Assembly: GCA_051294905.1 (NCBI GenBank)
Contig: CM119375.1
Span: 13,392,001-13,456,000 of the forward strand
Direction: 5' to 3'
Length of the DNA stretch: 64,000 nucleotides
Origin: Botryllus schlosseri
Lineage: Eukaryota
The notes below the pieces were generated by a model. The model worked only from the letters and a program-made list of their open reading frames with translations. It made no database searches and was not told the origin of the DNA. Positions 51,692-63,020 of the stretch are shown here, piece after piece. Within the stretch, counting starts at the first letter, position 1. The number at the start of each line of letters is the position of its first letter. Both the position numbers and the translations under genes were made by a program.

Positions 51692-52639
51692 ATATTCAAG
51701 TTCTTTTTTTCCGGTTATAGGAATCCATATTTTGGAATAAATTTCCACGTGTCCATCCCATATAGAGGCCAAATTATCCTTTTTTCGTTGCGCTGAAAAA
51801 CGGAGGCACGTCTCATTGTATCGGTTCAACTCTTGGCGGTTGGTGTGACGCTTTCCACAGAATGTGATCGCCGAATAATTTCTTCGTAAAACCATTTTAG
51901 TTTGTTTGCAGTTTTTTGATATTACAATTTCGAATTTAGCAAACCCGGATCCGAGAGATTGCTCTTCCCACTAGAAAATTATAGAGCCTACTGAACCCCG
52001 TTATCTTCAATCAAATATGCTACCTCACATCACATAATGCCAAATGTCAGGAAGGTCGAAGGTCGGAGAACTCGCCTCTGGCTACGACGGGGCTTTGAAA
52101 ATGCCATAGGGCATAGGCCAAATCACGCACGCCAGGAATACAAAACATACATCGCATGTGACAATGAAAAATCACTTTTAAACCAACTTTACATGAAATC
52201 CACGATGTTTCCCAGAATATCGAAGCAATACTTTGCGAACGAAGTTCCTTATCGACCTCTATCAGTCGTAGATTTCTACATTTTACGCATTTTTTTTACG
52301 CATTCCTTGATGTGAATAGGTTTCTACACTTTCCTCATTCCTTCATACAACCAAGATGTAAAATAGAGGAGTATGGTGTAAATTTGTGAGCATGCCATGA
52401 GTGGTGACATGCATAAGCATTGAGCAATGAACCCTCAACATTGAATCTGATATGCAAATGAACGCCCAAGTCATGCACGACCATTTTTTCTGGCGTTTTT
52501 TTGGAATGGTCAAATCTTGAATCAACCGATGCCTTGATATGACCGACAGTTCACATTATAAGATATATTTGTATGTATCTTTAATCTTCATATAAATATA
52601 AATGAACATCGTTTTGTTCGCCGCCCAACCCAACATGTC

Positions 52640-52818
52640 AGACTGTCTTTCGAAAGCGCTGCGCGAGTGGTGACGTAGTTACACAGCTGATTAGTATAAC
52701 AAACGTATTGGCGCCGGCGCGTTCAGTTTGGCGCGCGATACGGCATTGGGCGCAACTCTGTTCTTGGTGGATTCGCGGATTGCAGAAGCTGTATTACAAG
52801 AGAAACAGCGGTTTGAAG
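52640..52818 (+). promoter_or_regulatory. Cyclin E promoter and non-coding first exon with E2F sites
   Basis: CpG-rich. TTGGCGCC at 52708-52715 and perfect E2F consensus TTTGGCGC at 52727-52734; TGACGT upstream. Donor GAAG|GTTGGA at 52818/52819; acceptor TTGCAG at 53179. Cyclin E is an established E2F target. Confidence 0.7.
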
Positions 52819-53232
52819 GTTGGATTTGCCTTGGATTGATAGTTAATACCTCTATAGACTGTGGTGTTTCAATAAATCGCCGAATGCATGTGCATTTCTG
52901 CTATATAGTATCAATGTTCCGTTGCCACAGTACTCCCATGTTTCTGTACTGCCCGATTCGCAAAAAATGTATTCTTATAGCATGTTTCGAGATATTTTTG
53001 CTTAATAGTCTCAGCATCATGTGTGCTTAATGTGATACCACCTGAAATAATTGATGCCATAATGAAACACTTGCCTGACGGCCCTGACCCAACTCACTGC
53101 ATTCACTGAGCAATGGGCATCCATTTTGCATCAGATGTAGCAGCAATGTCATAATGACGTATACGTATATTTCTTGCAGGATATTGGCCTTGAGAGGCTG
53201 CATGAAATTACACTGTGGATCAAAATACAAAG

Positions 53233-56200
53233 ATGAAGAGTTGCAGGTAAAATAAAATCTCCTGAAATTTCTTGGAGTTCACATCTGATAACATTTCTTT
53301 CTTTCTGTCGATTGCAGAGTTCTCAAGTCCCTGGACCGGCAAGCAGAGCCTCTAAAACCCAACAACTCGAGGAAAAGGCACCGTTCAAGCGAAACGACTG
53401 TCACGGCAGTAGAAACTATGTTTGATGTTGCACCTGAAAATTGTGCTCCTCAGCCCAAAAAACCAACGCGATCCCGGGTAAATATGAATTCATCATACCG
53501 ACAACACACTCCAAATGAAAAGCACAACCAAAATTGAGTCATGATTTGAATCGTTATGTATTTATCACAAAACTGGGATTCATAACGGCTATATATCATG
53601 CATAGTAACACCTACCCTCGACCAAGATACAATTTCAACTTGTTGATTGTAATTACAGTTTACATCTAGCTGTTCCTGCTGGTGGATCATTAACCTAGTG
53701 TACCCACCAGTGCTAATACCACAACAACTTGCATTTCTATAAACCTTAATTTCAGAAGTTGTAGGGAGAATGGATGCTATCCATTTTGTGGGTCCAAATT
53801 GCATGCATGATATCATGCTGTGTTACTGAACTCTGGTTGACAAGTTTTAACATGAAATTCCGCATGGTCTCTGTTATCAACTGAAATAGCCAAGCTAAGC
53901 AAGGAGGGTTTCGGGTCTTCCTAAAAAAGCCTGTACCATCCAGCTTCTTGATACTGTAGTTGCTTCTAAAAATTGCTCAGCATTGCCTGTGTGTTTGTAT
54001 GTGTGCGATGTTGTCTACTTGAAATCGATCATTGTATACAGTAGTCTCGATTTATAACCGTAAATAAGACATACTTCCTTGCGGTAATCGTCAGCAGCAT
54101 GTGCAATTTGCTCATCTCATGACAGACACTGCTCATTTCAATACATAATTTGACCTGTAGTGATTTGTATGCGATGTCACACTATAAGCGTCGCACATGA
54201 TTTAACCTAGCTTCTATGTTTGTTTAATAACCAATGTAAGTTTCTGCTGAAAGCATTAACAGTTTCTAAATAATCTTGGTTGTTTCATGTCGGATGTCTA
54301 TCCGCTAGTGTTGTAGTTCCAATTCAATGAAACGGATAATAACCATTTACTGGTCCGACTATATAGCCTACATTATGCCTGCAAATTGAGGAGAACTTTG
54401 TTGCATTCGATGATGATTGCAGAGATTCTATTCATTGTGTCATGTCCATTATTTGTGATTTCTCAAAACTAAGAAACAGGATCTCAACTTATTTTGAACG
54501 TTCATTCATTTGTTTCTCCGGGCAGTCCTTTTTTACGTGTTTTAACACAGTCAACTAACTGTTAAACGCCGTGTATTTCCATTAAGGGTTACTCGGAAGC
54601 GGATGATGAATTACAAAGTATATTAACGCCCGCCAAAGAAAGTATAGCCGAGCCTTGCGATGATTACTTAAATCTAACCAAAGAAAAAGATATGAAGCAC
54701 GTTGTTCAATACACGTTTCGCAATATGATGATTGGAGATTTGAAGCCTCAACCGACTAGCGAACCACTGCCAGAGTTGAAGTAAGTGCAATGATTTGATA
54801 TTGGTTCGTATATTTTCTTGATATAGATTACTTGCCCAACAGTATAGTTAGTGAACATTTCATTTTCAAGGCGATAGATTGACTTGTGGCAATTCAGCAG
54901 AAGTCTACTTGAACTGAGCAGTGCCTAGAGCCAAAGTCTGTTGTTGAGATGAAGGAAAAGGGTCAAAACAACTGGGGTTCAGAAGAGTGCTTCCCTGCTA
55001 GTTTAGGCCCAAGTGGTGCTGACAAAGTGTGGTGCTGCCATAATAATTGTTCAAAACTAACCCCTTCTAAGCCTTGAGCATACTGACGTCTTCACATTAC
55101 TATGTCTACGTCCTATATCAATTCTAGTTTTTCTGGTCGTTGACATTGCATTCGAGTATCAGAATCAGTTGAATTAACTCGTATGTCTGCTTGGTGATAC
55201 CGTTGCCTGCTCCGAGGGAGTATTGGACTGTTGGCTTGATGTACTGAATTATCAGAGCGGTATACTTCTCACTGATTCATTGTAACATTGAAATATGGTT
55301 TCTGGAGTTTGATGGGGCGAGAGTCTACCCGGCACCTCTATGTTGACAACTTCTTTGTGATAGACTGATAGAGGCAGGGAAGATAAGATGTGTGCAGATT
55401 GTACAGACATGCATGAGTGTCTTGCGCAGGTGTAGTTTAGTATATTTCGATATTATTGACAATGTGCAGAGGCAAGGTAAGGTGAGTAATGTCAGTGTTT
55501 TTTGCATGAATTCTTCGCCGAACTTTGTTTGACCCAATACATCGGCGGGATCCTTCGAAACGATCGCTTCCGCCGCGTAACTTCGCGCATTCGGCGTTCG
55601 CGCGCAAAACGCAGATCCGAATTTGGCGCTCGGTGTTTTCGCATTTGCGATACGTGCGCCTTTGGACGTCTGGCGCCACCTTCCGGAGCGGACGCGGATC
55701 TCGTGTCAGCGCCATCGCGCGGTGATAGCGCGACGTAAACTTGCCGCCGCGACCTGTAGCTGCTGGTCCGGCGTGTTTTGCGACGCCCACGCTTTGACAT
55801 ATATTGATCTTTCCTTATCGAAAGTATGATTGTCCTATTATCGGAATCTCTCAGCTTTCGCAGTCATGGCACACGCCGACTGTCGCTCCGAGTTGGCAAT
55901 TAAGTGTCATGCTTCAAGTCTGGTAGTCGTAACAATTTTTCGAGTAAGTAATTTATATGCCCCCTTTCACTCAGATCTGAACTATCAACGAGATTTATAG
56001 GTTCACGCATTTTTCCCATCCTGGATGCATTGAAATCTGGATTGGTGGTATCGCAGCACCCAAAACATGTCGTATATATCTACGCACTTTCGCGGAAATA
56101 ACGTTGGTGATCAAAACACAGCGTTGTCACAAAGGGAAATGAGATGTCCTATGTATGGTCGCATTCGCAAATGACAAGCTACCTTGTGTGGTAGTGGTAT

Positions 56201-59200
56201 ATACCTGGAAATTATTTCTTGATGGTCCTATAAAACTTGTACAAATTTGAACTTTACATGTCAACCTAAGCTCTATTTAGTCATGAAGGTACTGGATTTG
56301 GTGTTGGATCACTCAAGTACTTGATTTTTCCGCGTGATCACGGCTAGGGAGGTTAAATCCTACTCATTTGCGTATAACGTAGTACAGCTGTCTTCTGCGA
56401 TTTTCCGCACTACTCAGCTGTGGTCAAGTAACACGGCACTTCGCGTAATCCGCATAATCCTTTGAAGGTATAGTTATTCGAATTTGCATGCGTAACAGTT
56501 GCGAGACTGCGAAAAGCTGTAAGAAAATGATTCAAAAACAAATGTCGAAACGGCCGGTTATATTACGGGAGTCGTGTCTTCCGGCGAATTGAATACGTCA
56601 CCCGATCATCGGAACGGCTATTTCCGAATTCCTTTACACCCGACGCGATTGTTTATCGACAAAGGCTCAACGATGTACGTTGGCGATTTAATCCCGCTGT
56701 CTCATTATGGCTGGAAATGTCGGTTCCAACATTTTTATCTAGTGCTCCCGCGGACAGCGAATATCTCGCGCCGGCGAGTTAGTAATCGATTAGTACGGTC
56801 GTCGGGAACACCACGCAATTTTGACCGTTCCGTGCGAGAGAATCGCCGAAGTCGTAAACGTCATAACGGTTGATGAAAAGTGTCTCAAGTTGTCGATTTA
56901 TGATACGAGGACTTTCTTGTTTTCCAGTCTTTTGTTTGTATACGTTCAAAGACCGTTGTCCTAGTCCGGGCTAGCCCCAGGTTTTCTGTTGAACTCGGAC
57001 GTAGGCGCGCGACACGCCTTAGCGGGATATGCGCGAAGCTGCAGTTTGATAGTACTTCTTTAATGATTGCTAATTGCTTCCGGATACGCGCTTGATGTGC
57101 GTTTTACGTCAATATATCATGTTACGTCATGTATCAACCTTTCTCGGCGATGCTTAGCCCTGGCACACGGCATGTGTTGCGTAGTATTCGGATTTCGGAC
57201 CGACTTGTTTTTCAGTTCAGTTTTATTGATATTTTCATCCTTTCAAATCCCACAAGATTACGATAAAGTGAAACGATAATAAAGAATCGAAACGACTTCG
57301 CGTAGTCTCCAATCAACACGCACATACCTTGGCCTGGAACATGCAAATGAAACGCATTCTCGCTGAATGAAGAGATGCCCACTGAATGTATATTAGCACA
57401 AGATTACATAAATGGACATGCGATGAAAATGAATCGGCACTTGTCGGTAGTCGAAATGTCAGCGTCGTCCAGTAATGTCAAGCTCGAACTAGTATTTATT
57501 TTTTGCACTGATATATATATATATCAATAATGATCAATGATCGGCGCTATCATTATTTTAATTGCTCAAAAGGCGCGATGTTCGTACAAAGACATAATGT
57601 GCTGTAATCAACAGATAGGACATAGGAGGATGCCGAAACGACGATGCCAGGTATATCAATCAAACAACCACCAAGACCTTCCGATATCAAATATATCATT
57701 ATACATCTGCCCAGGGCTCAATCTGTTCCAACTTCGTGAAATGCAGTGGCATCGATTACGCTTGCACGGTCTGATATTTAAAATACTACCCGGAAGGTTG
57801 CGGATCGGTAGGGTTGAGCTCACCTTCGTTTTTCCATCAAGTAGTCTAAATGCGAATGCACTTTCGTTAGATTTGATACTACGAATCGGGTGTTTACCTC
57901 ATCCAACCCGAAACCGTAGCGGCTACCGACCACTTCAAAATATGATCGCCCGCAGATGTTTAAAGGGCCGGTTGTTAAATACCCATAAAATTCGTCCTCT
58001 CTTTTCTCCGGGCAAAGAATAATTGCATTGTGCGCTCATCAAGTTACGGTTAGCTCGCGTTTGTTCGTTGGACACTTCCATCTCATTCAGAGGGCGGTCT
58101 TTTGTTTGGCTGCATTGTGAGCGCGCAGTGTCGGCCTTTTCCACGAGTGTGTTGACTTAACGGCACCCTGTCGGGTTTCCCAAGACTCGGCATTGCGATG
58201 TTTAATCGCCGACCGAACTTTTCTCTCGTCCGGTGAAGCGGCGAGTATCATTTTTTCCGAAATGCCAACACACACATATTAGACTGTTATCTTGTAGCGA
58301 GACCATTAGTCGTGCGAATCTAACCGTCGTTTCGTGGTTGTTTCGTCGACGTGGGTTACTATAGCCGGCTCGCGCAAAAGCGAAGGTTAGCGGATACGTT
58401 AATCATGATTATGCAAAACTGGATACACTCGAAGACTTCGTCCGACAGTCTGCTGATTCAAAGGTGAAGGCCGTTTTGAGGCAGTGTTTACAGTTTGAGC
58501 TACCTGGCATTTAGAAGACGGCCGGATTAGGCTATTACCATCAACTTCAACAGCGTTCCTTATGCAAACGCATATTTTTCTTTCAGTTGGGCTGACTCGC
58601 GCGAGCTATGGAAAGGCATGGTCAGCAAGGAGATGAAATACCAATGCGATAACAAATATATGATCAGACATCCAGACCTCCAACCAAAGATGCGTGCAAT
58701 ATTATTAGACTGGCTTATCGAGGTACCGTCGCGCCGTCTGTTATTATATCTTGTTTTGGGCTAACGTTGTCGCTTTCTCAGGTTTGCGAGGTATACGCAC
58801 TTCACAGAGAGACGTTTTATCTGGCCACGGATTATATCGACAGATTTTTATCGAGAGTGGAGCAAATCAGGAAGAATCAACTGCAACTCGTCGGAATTAC
58901 TGCACTTTTCGTAGCTGCGAAATTGGAGGTGCGTTCTTGGAAAGTTGCGTCAATATATTGTGGACTTTTTCTGAATCTATATTCTCTGCTTCAGGAAATC
59001 TACCCTCCGAAACTCGCCGACTTTGCATACGTCACCGACGGCGCATGCACGGAAGACGATATTTTAAAGCTGGAGCTGCTCATGTTGAATAAACTGAGCT
59101 GGGCGCTGTCGCCCGTAACTGTAAACTCCTGGCTGAATGTCTACCTCCAAACTGCACACCTGTCGTTCATGTCAAACCCCGAGAGCACATTCGTGTTTCC

Positions 59201-60023
59201 CCAATATCCGCAACATACTTTCGTGCACATCGCGCAGGTACAGTTTTAATCGCGACTCTCGGTGCGTGCGCGCAGAATTACCGTGTTTTTCATGCGCTTA
59301 CAGCTTACCGACCTTTGCGTGTTGGACATGGAGAGCTTGGAGTTTTCTTCTGGAGTGATAGCGGCATCTGCGTTATATCACTTTTCTTCGTGCGAGCTCG
59401 CCACCCATGTGTCCGGGTACGAGTACAAGGACTTGGCGAAGTGTATACATTGGATGGCGCCGTTCGCGGTGACCGTGCGGGACATAGGGCTGCAGCCGGT
59501 GAAACAGTTTAACAAGGTTGACGATTCCGACGCGCACAACATACAGACGCACGCCAACGATGTGTCGGCATTGGTAGGTGTTTATTTGGATTGTTTTGTG
59601 TTTATCTGCCCGAATATTGAAACTTGGTGTTAATCTGCCCGAATTTTGATATTTTGTGTTGTAGAATTTACATATTCCGGACGTTATCTGCTTGAATTGT
59701 TTTGTATTATTAGCTCGAATTATTCTCTTATGTTATCTGCTCCAATTTGAATTTTTCTACAGTGGTATCTGCTCAAATTTAGGTTCCCGGTGTTATCTGC
59801 TCGAACTCGTATATTTCCGGATGTTATGTACTCTAAATTCATTTTTCCCGTTGTTTACAAATGCTGCTGATTTTAGGAACGGGTGTACGAAAGAAGGCAG
59901 AGGCATTTGACGACCTGCTCTTCGCCTACGGAAATCGCGGGGATCATAACGCCTCCCAAAAGCAATCAGAAACCGCCTGTGGTGGAATCTTATCAAAACC
60001 GAGCTGGTGTTAACAACTGCTGA
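53233..60023 (+). CDS. CCNE1: G1/S-specific cyclin E, 436 aa
   Basis: Exons 53233-53246, 53318-53477, 54587-54780, 58587-58722, 58782-58928, 58995-59237, 59304-59573, 59877-60023 (1311 nt, phases consistent). Motifs: NSRKRH NLS-like, [64 protein letters not shown], C-terminal Fbw7 degron IITPPKS. Pro-ortholog of CCNE1/CCNE2. The exact start codon is less certain than the cyclin box. Confidence 0.96.
55540..55790. promoter_or_regulatory. Intronic CpG-rich cluster of E2F-like sites in cyclin E
   Basis: TTTGGCGC at 55622-55629, TTCGCGC twice (about 55582 and 55597), GGCGGGA and TGGCGCCA within 250 bp that is much more GC-rich than its flanks. Confidence 0.6.
58405..58463 (+). CDS. Candidate alternative first coding exon of cyclin E (MIMQNWIHSKTSSDSLLIQS)
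   Basis: ATG with A at -3, 19 open codons, donor AAG|GTGAAG in phase 2 matching the phase-2 acceptor at 58587. CpG-rich upstream DNA with CTCGCGCAAAA. Confidence 0.45.
59630..59830. repeat. Degenerate short tandem repeat (GTTATCTGCT core) in last cyclin E intron
   Basis: (g)ttatctgct occurs three times, plus ggtatctgct and aatctgccc, interspersed with ttccgga. Confidence 0.6.
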
Positions 60024-60231
60024 GCGCATCATGACGCTTTACCTCAACCAAAGGAGCGGCTCTGAGCCTTACGGTTTTGCGTAAATAGAATTGCGTAGCC
60101 GCCGACAGGGGTCCCGGGGTATTGGACCGTGTCGCGCGGCAGTCGATCGTGGAAATTGATTGTTACGTGTCGGACTTTATTGCGGAGACACGCGGGTGTG
60201 CCTTGTCGATTCGCCTCGACTTACTGACCTA

Positions 60232-60338
60232 TGCTGCTACTACTGTTACTTTTACTACGGCCGAATGTGCCGGGAGAAGGCACTGATTTTGTTTCGTTTG
60301 CGATGTTTTAGAATCCCTATTTTGACCGCTTGCTGCTA
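60232..60338 (+). promoter_or_regulatory. Two miR-15/16-family 8mer target sites in the cyclin E 3'UTR
   Basis: TGCTGCTA at 60232-60239 and 60331-60338, the exact complement of seed AGCAGCA plus A opposite position 1. Confidence 0.65.
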
Positions 60339-60675
60339 TTATACGCACCGAGACTTGTTTTTATGAAATTTATTAATATATAAAATCTGTTTTGGTTGGA
60401 TTTTAAACTGAGCTTGTGTGGTGATGGTGAGAACGGGATGTGGGTTTATGGTTGTCATCTTCAGGCACTGGAGAATAACATCGAGTTTTTCGCATTTCCG
60501 TGTTTTGGGCCTGGGATTTCGTAGACAGCTACGGATATTTTAAAAGTGCTTGTATTGATGTGCGAGGTGTGATAGCATTGGCGAAGGGTGTGCCTAATGC
60601 AGAAGTGAGGTGCCAGTTTCTCGAAGCGCTTTAACCCGACTTATTTCATCAGCTGGACATTCGAGACCATTCGAC

Positions 60676-60965
60676 CAGACTTGTACAACTGAATAGTTAT
60701 AATGAAAGCGAAGTGTCTCTAATCTAATTAACGAAATTTTTCTATGATCTAATTTTCATGAACATGTGCTACATAAAAACTATAGAGAATGAACTCCGGT
60801 TTCATATGAACTGAACTTGATTAATTTCCAAGTTTTTTCGCGAATTCAGTAATTATAATCTAATTTTAAAAAACTATATAGGTAAAATTCTTATCTAGTT
60901 TGGAGAAAACTGTCGTGATTAATCTAATTAGAAAAAGCAGGGAATTTTCTAGTTGTACAGATTTG
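60676..60965. mobile_element. Older copy of the hAT MITE family at 833-1482
   Basis: Left CAGACTTGTACAACTGAA, right TCTAGTTGTACAGATTTG. Internal aatctaatt motifs. Degenerate TSD cattcgac/cataagac (6/8). Confidence 0.75.
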
Positions 60966-62820
60966 CATAAGACGTACGAGACATAGGAATTAGTCGAGAT
61001 AACCATTTGCGCTCCGTTCATCCAAACAGGTATACTAATACTGAGGATTTACAGATCACTGGGCTGACGAGGGTGTCGTTATGATATCTGTGCAAACGAT
61101 ATTTTCTCTTCTCTGCGTCATTCAGTCTCCATGGATTTTCAGTATAGACGCCACATGACATGACCGCTGGTTGACCAAATGACCAGTTACCACCGATGTA
61201 ATGAACGTCGAAGCCTAGAAATTAGAAACCCGACCGCTGCAGCCGCGACTCAACCTACATTCTTTCTCCCCGCAACGTTAGCACTATAGCCAATATGCTG
61301 CTGCGACGGCGACGCTATACTACCAAGGCTACCAATACTACCGTTGTTAGGTTTGAGGTTTTTTCTTGGCCGGAGCCGGATCAGTACTTTTCACTAAGAA
61401 TAGGACAGCCTTACCTTCATCCACCCTCGAATCAATAGTTAAAGTGAATCGTTCATGGAAATAAACCACATGTCCAAGTTGGCATAATTACTTCAGATAA
61501 GGGTTGGGCTTGATCTTTGAGTTTCCTGTTTGCATTGTTTCAATCAATATTCAATACCATCCTGTGAGTAGCTAATTGTTATCGTAGTTTTTCGGATCTC
61601 GGTTATTTCTGGAATCTGGCCTACGCATCGGACCGGAGTCGGACCAGATGAGCTTTAAAAAACATGATCGGAGTAGGACCAGAGAATTTGTCGCTATCCG
61701 CTTCGCACTACCATCTCACGCCTATGTTACCGCAACTGACGTTCCAGGTTAGTGGGTGTGGGAGAATCGTGGTTGGATCAGTTTGCAGCAAGTGCTGCAT
61801 AGGCTATACATTGTGGGTGAAGAGCTCTTCATTGTTACAACTCGTAATGACGTGACTCAAACACATACGTCTGCTGCAGGGAAGGGAGTGATCAATGTGA
61901 CTTGATAAGCGAGGCGTAACTGACAGACCATATGAACGTCACAATCGATCTGGACAAAAAAATATTTGTTTTGCAGGGTTAGGGGAGAAGTCTGCAAGTG
62001 CGGGAATTTTTGATTTTTAGGGGAAATATGAATTAGGATTGTAAACTCTTTAATGGTGTAAGATCGCTATAGGCCGCGGTCGTATACTGGCGTCAACCCT
62101 GGGCAAGGGCATGTATCGTAAGGAATACTAAATATTCAACTGTAAACACGGACGTTGGAATTTTCTTCATACTATCATATATCACGATTAGGGTTTCTCT
62201 CGTGGCCGGAGACCTCAGATATATGAGTTATATTTCAGTGCCGCTATTATATTCTCAATGTAACCCGCATTAAACAGTTTCGCATTGGCGTTTTCGCTTC
62301 TGTGAATAACTAGTTTTTGGTCAATTTTTCCGAAAAACTCTGAACTCAATATCCACTTTTTTTCCTTTTCGGAATTGCGTGTCAATGTCAGCGACTTGCT
62401 CGCATAGTGACTAGAAACCACAACACCGCTATTAGGTGGTTATAATGTGACATATGAACATACTCGACATTTGTTGTCTAGAGGGCTTATTTAAATGGAA
62501 TTGTTTGATAGAAATGTGCTCTATCACACGATCGAATTTTTGCTCTAAGCGGGCCGGATGAAATCATCTGACGGGCCGTGTGTTTGACAACCCTGGCGTA
62601 CTCAGTTATTAACAACCATACTGTATTTCATAATCATTGCGTCGCTCAAACGTAAATCCGCAAATGGTACATAAGGGTTCTCAGGTGAAAAATTACGGCC
62701 GTCTCATTTAATTACTGCTCATTGGAAGTCTATTTTCTACACGAATATACGATCCTGCCGTGAACAGCTCCGTAGAAAAACACAGAAATACTTCGCGTGT
62801 AGTGCTTCGATGGTGCAAGC

Positions 62821-63020
62821 CAGTGACGAGCGGACTGTAATATTTTTCGTTCCAAGTCCAGTCCTGAAAATTTTCAATTCAGTCCTAGTCCATCCTGATC
62901 CAAAAATCTTTTCAAAATTTTCTGTCCAAGTCCAGTCCTGAAAATTTTCAATTCTGTCCTACTCCACCCTGATCCAAAAATATTTGCCAGATTTCCAGTC
63001 CAACTCCATCCTGATTCAAA
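62821..63020. repeat. 74-bp tandem repeat, probably the subterminal region of a MITE-like element
   Basis: tccaagtccagtcctgaaaattttcaattc at 62851 and 62925 plus a partial third unit. Related motifs (aaaatccaagtccaacc, atccggtccga) at about 63915-64000, and inverted at about 61370-61710. Confidence 0.7.

Noticed and set aside
55437-55829. Arg-rich ORFs in both directions in the cyclin E intron
   Set aside because: Expected by-product of a GC/CpG-rich regulatory patch; no domain similarity or coherent exon structure.
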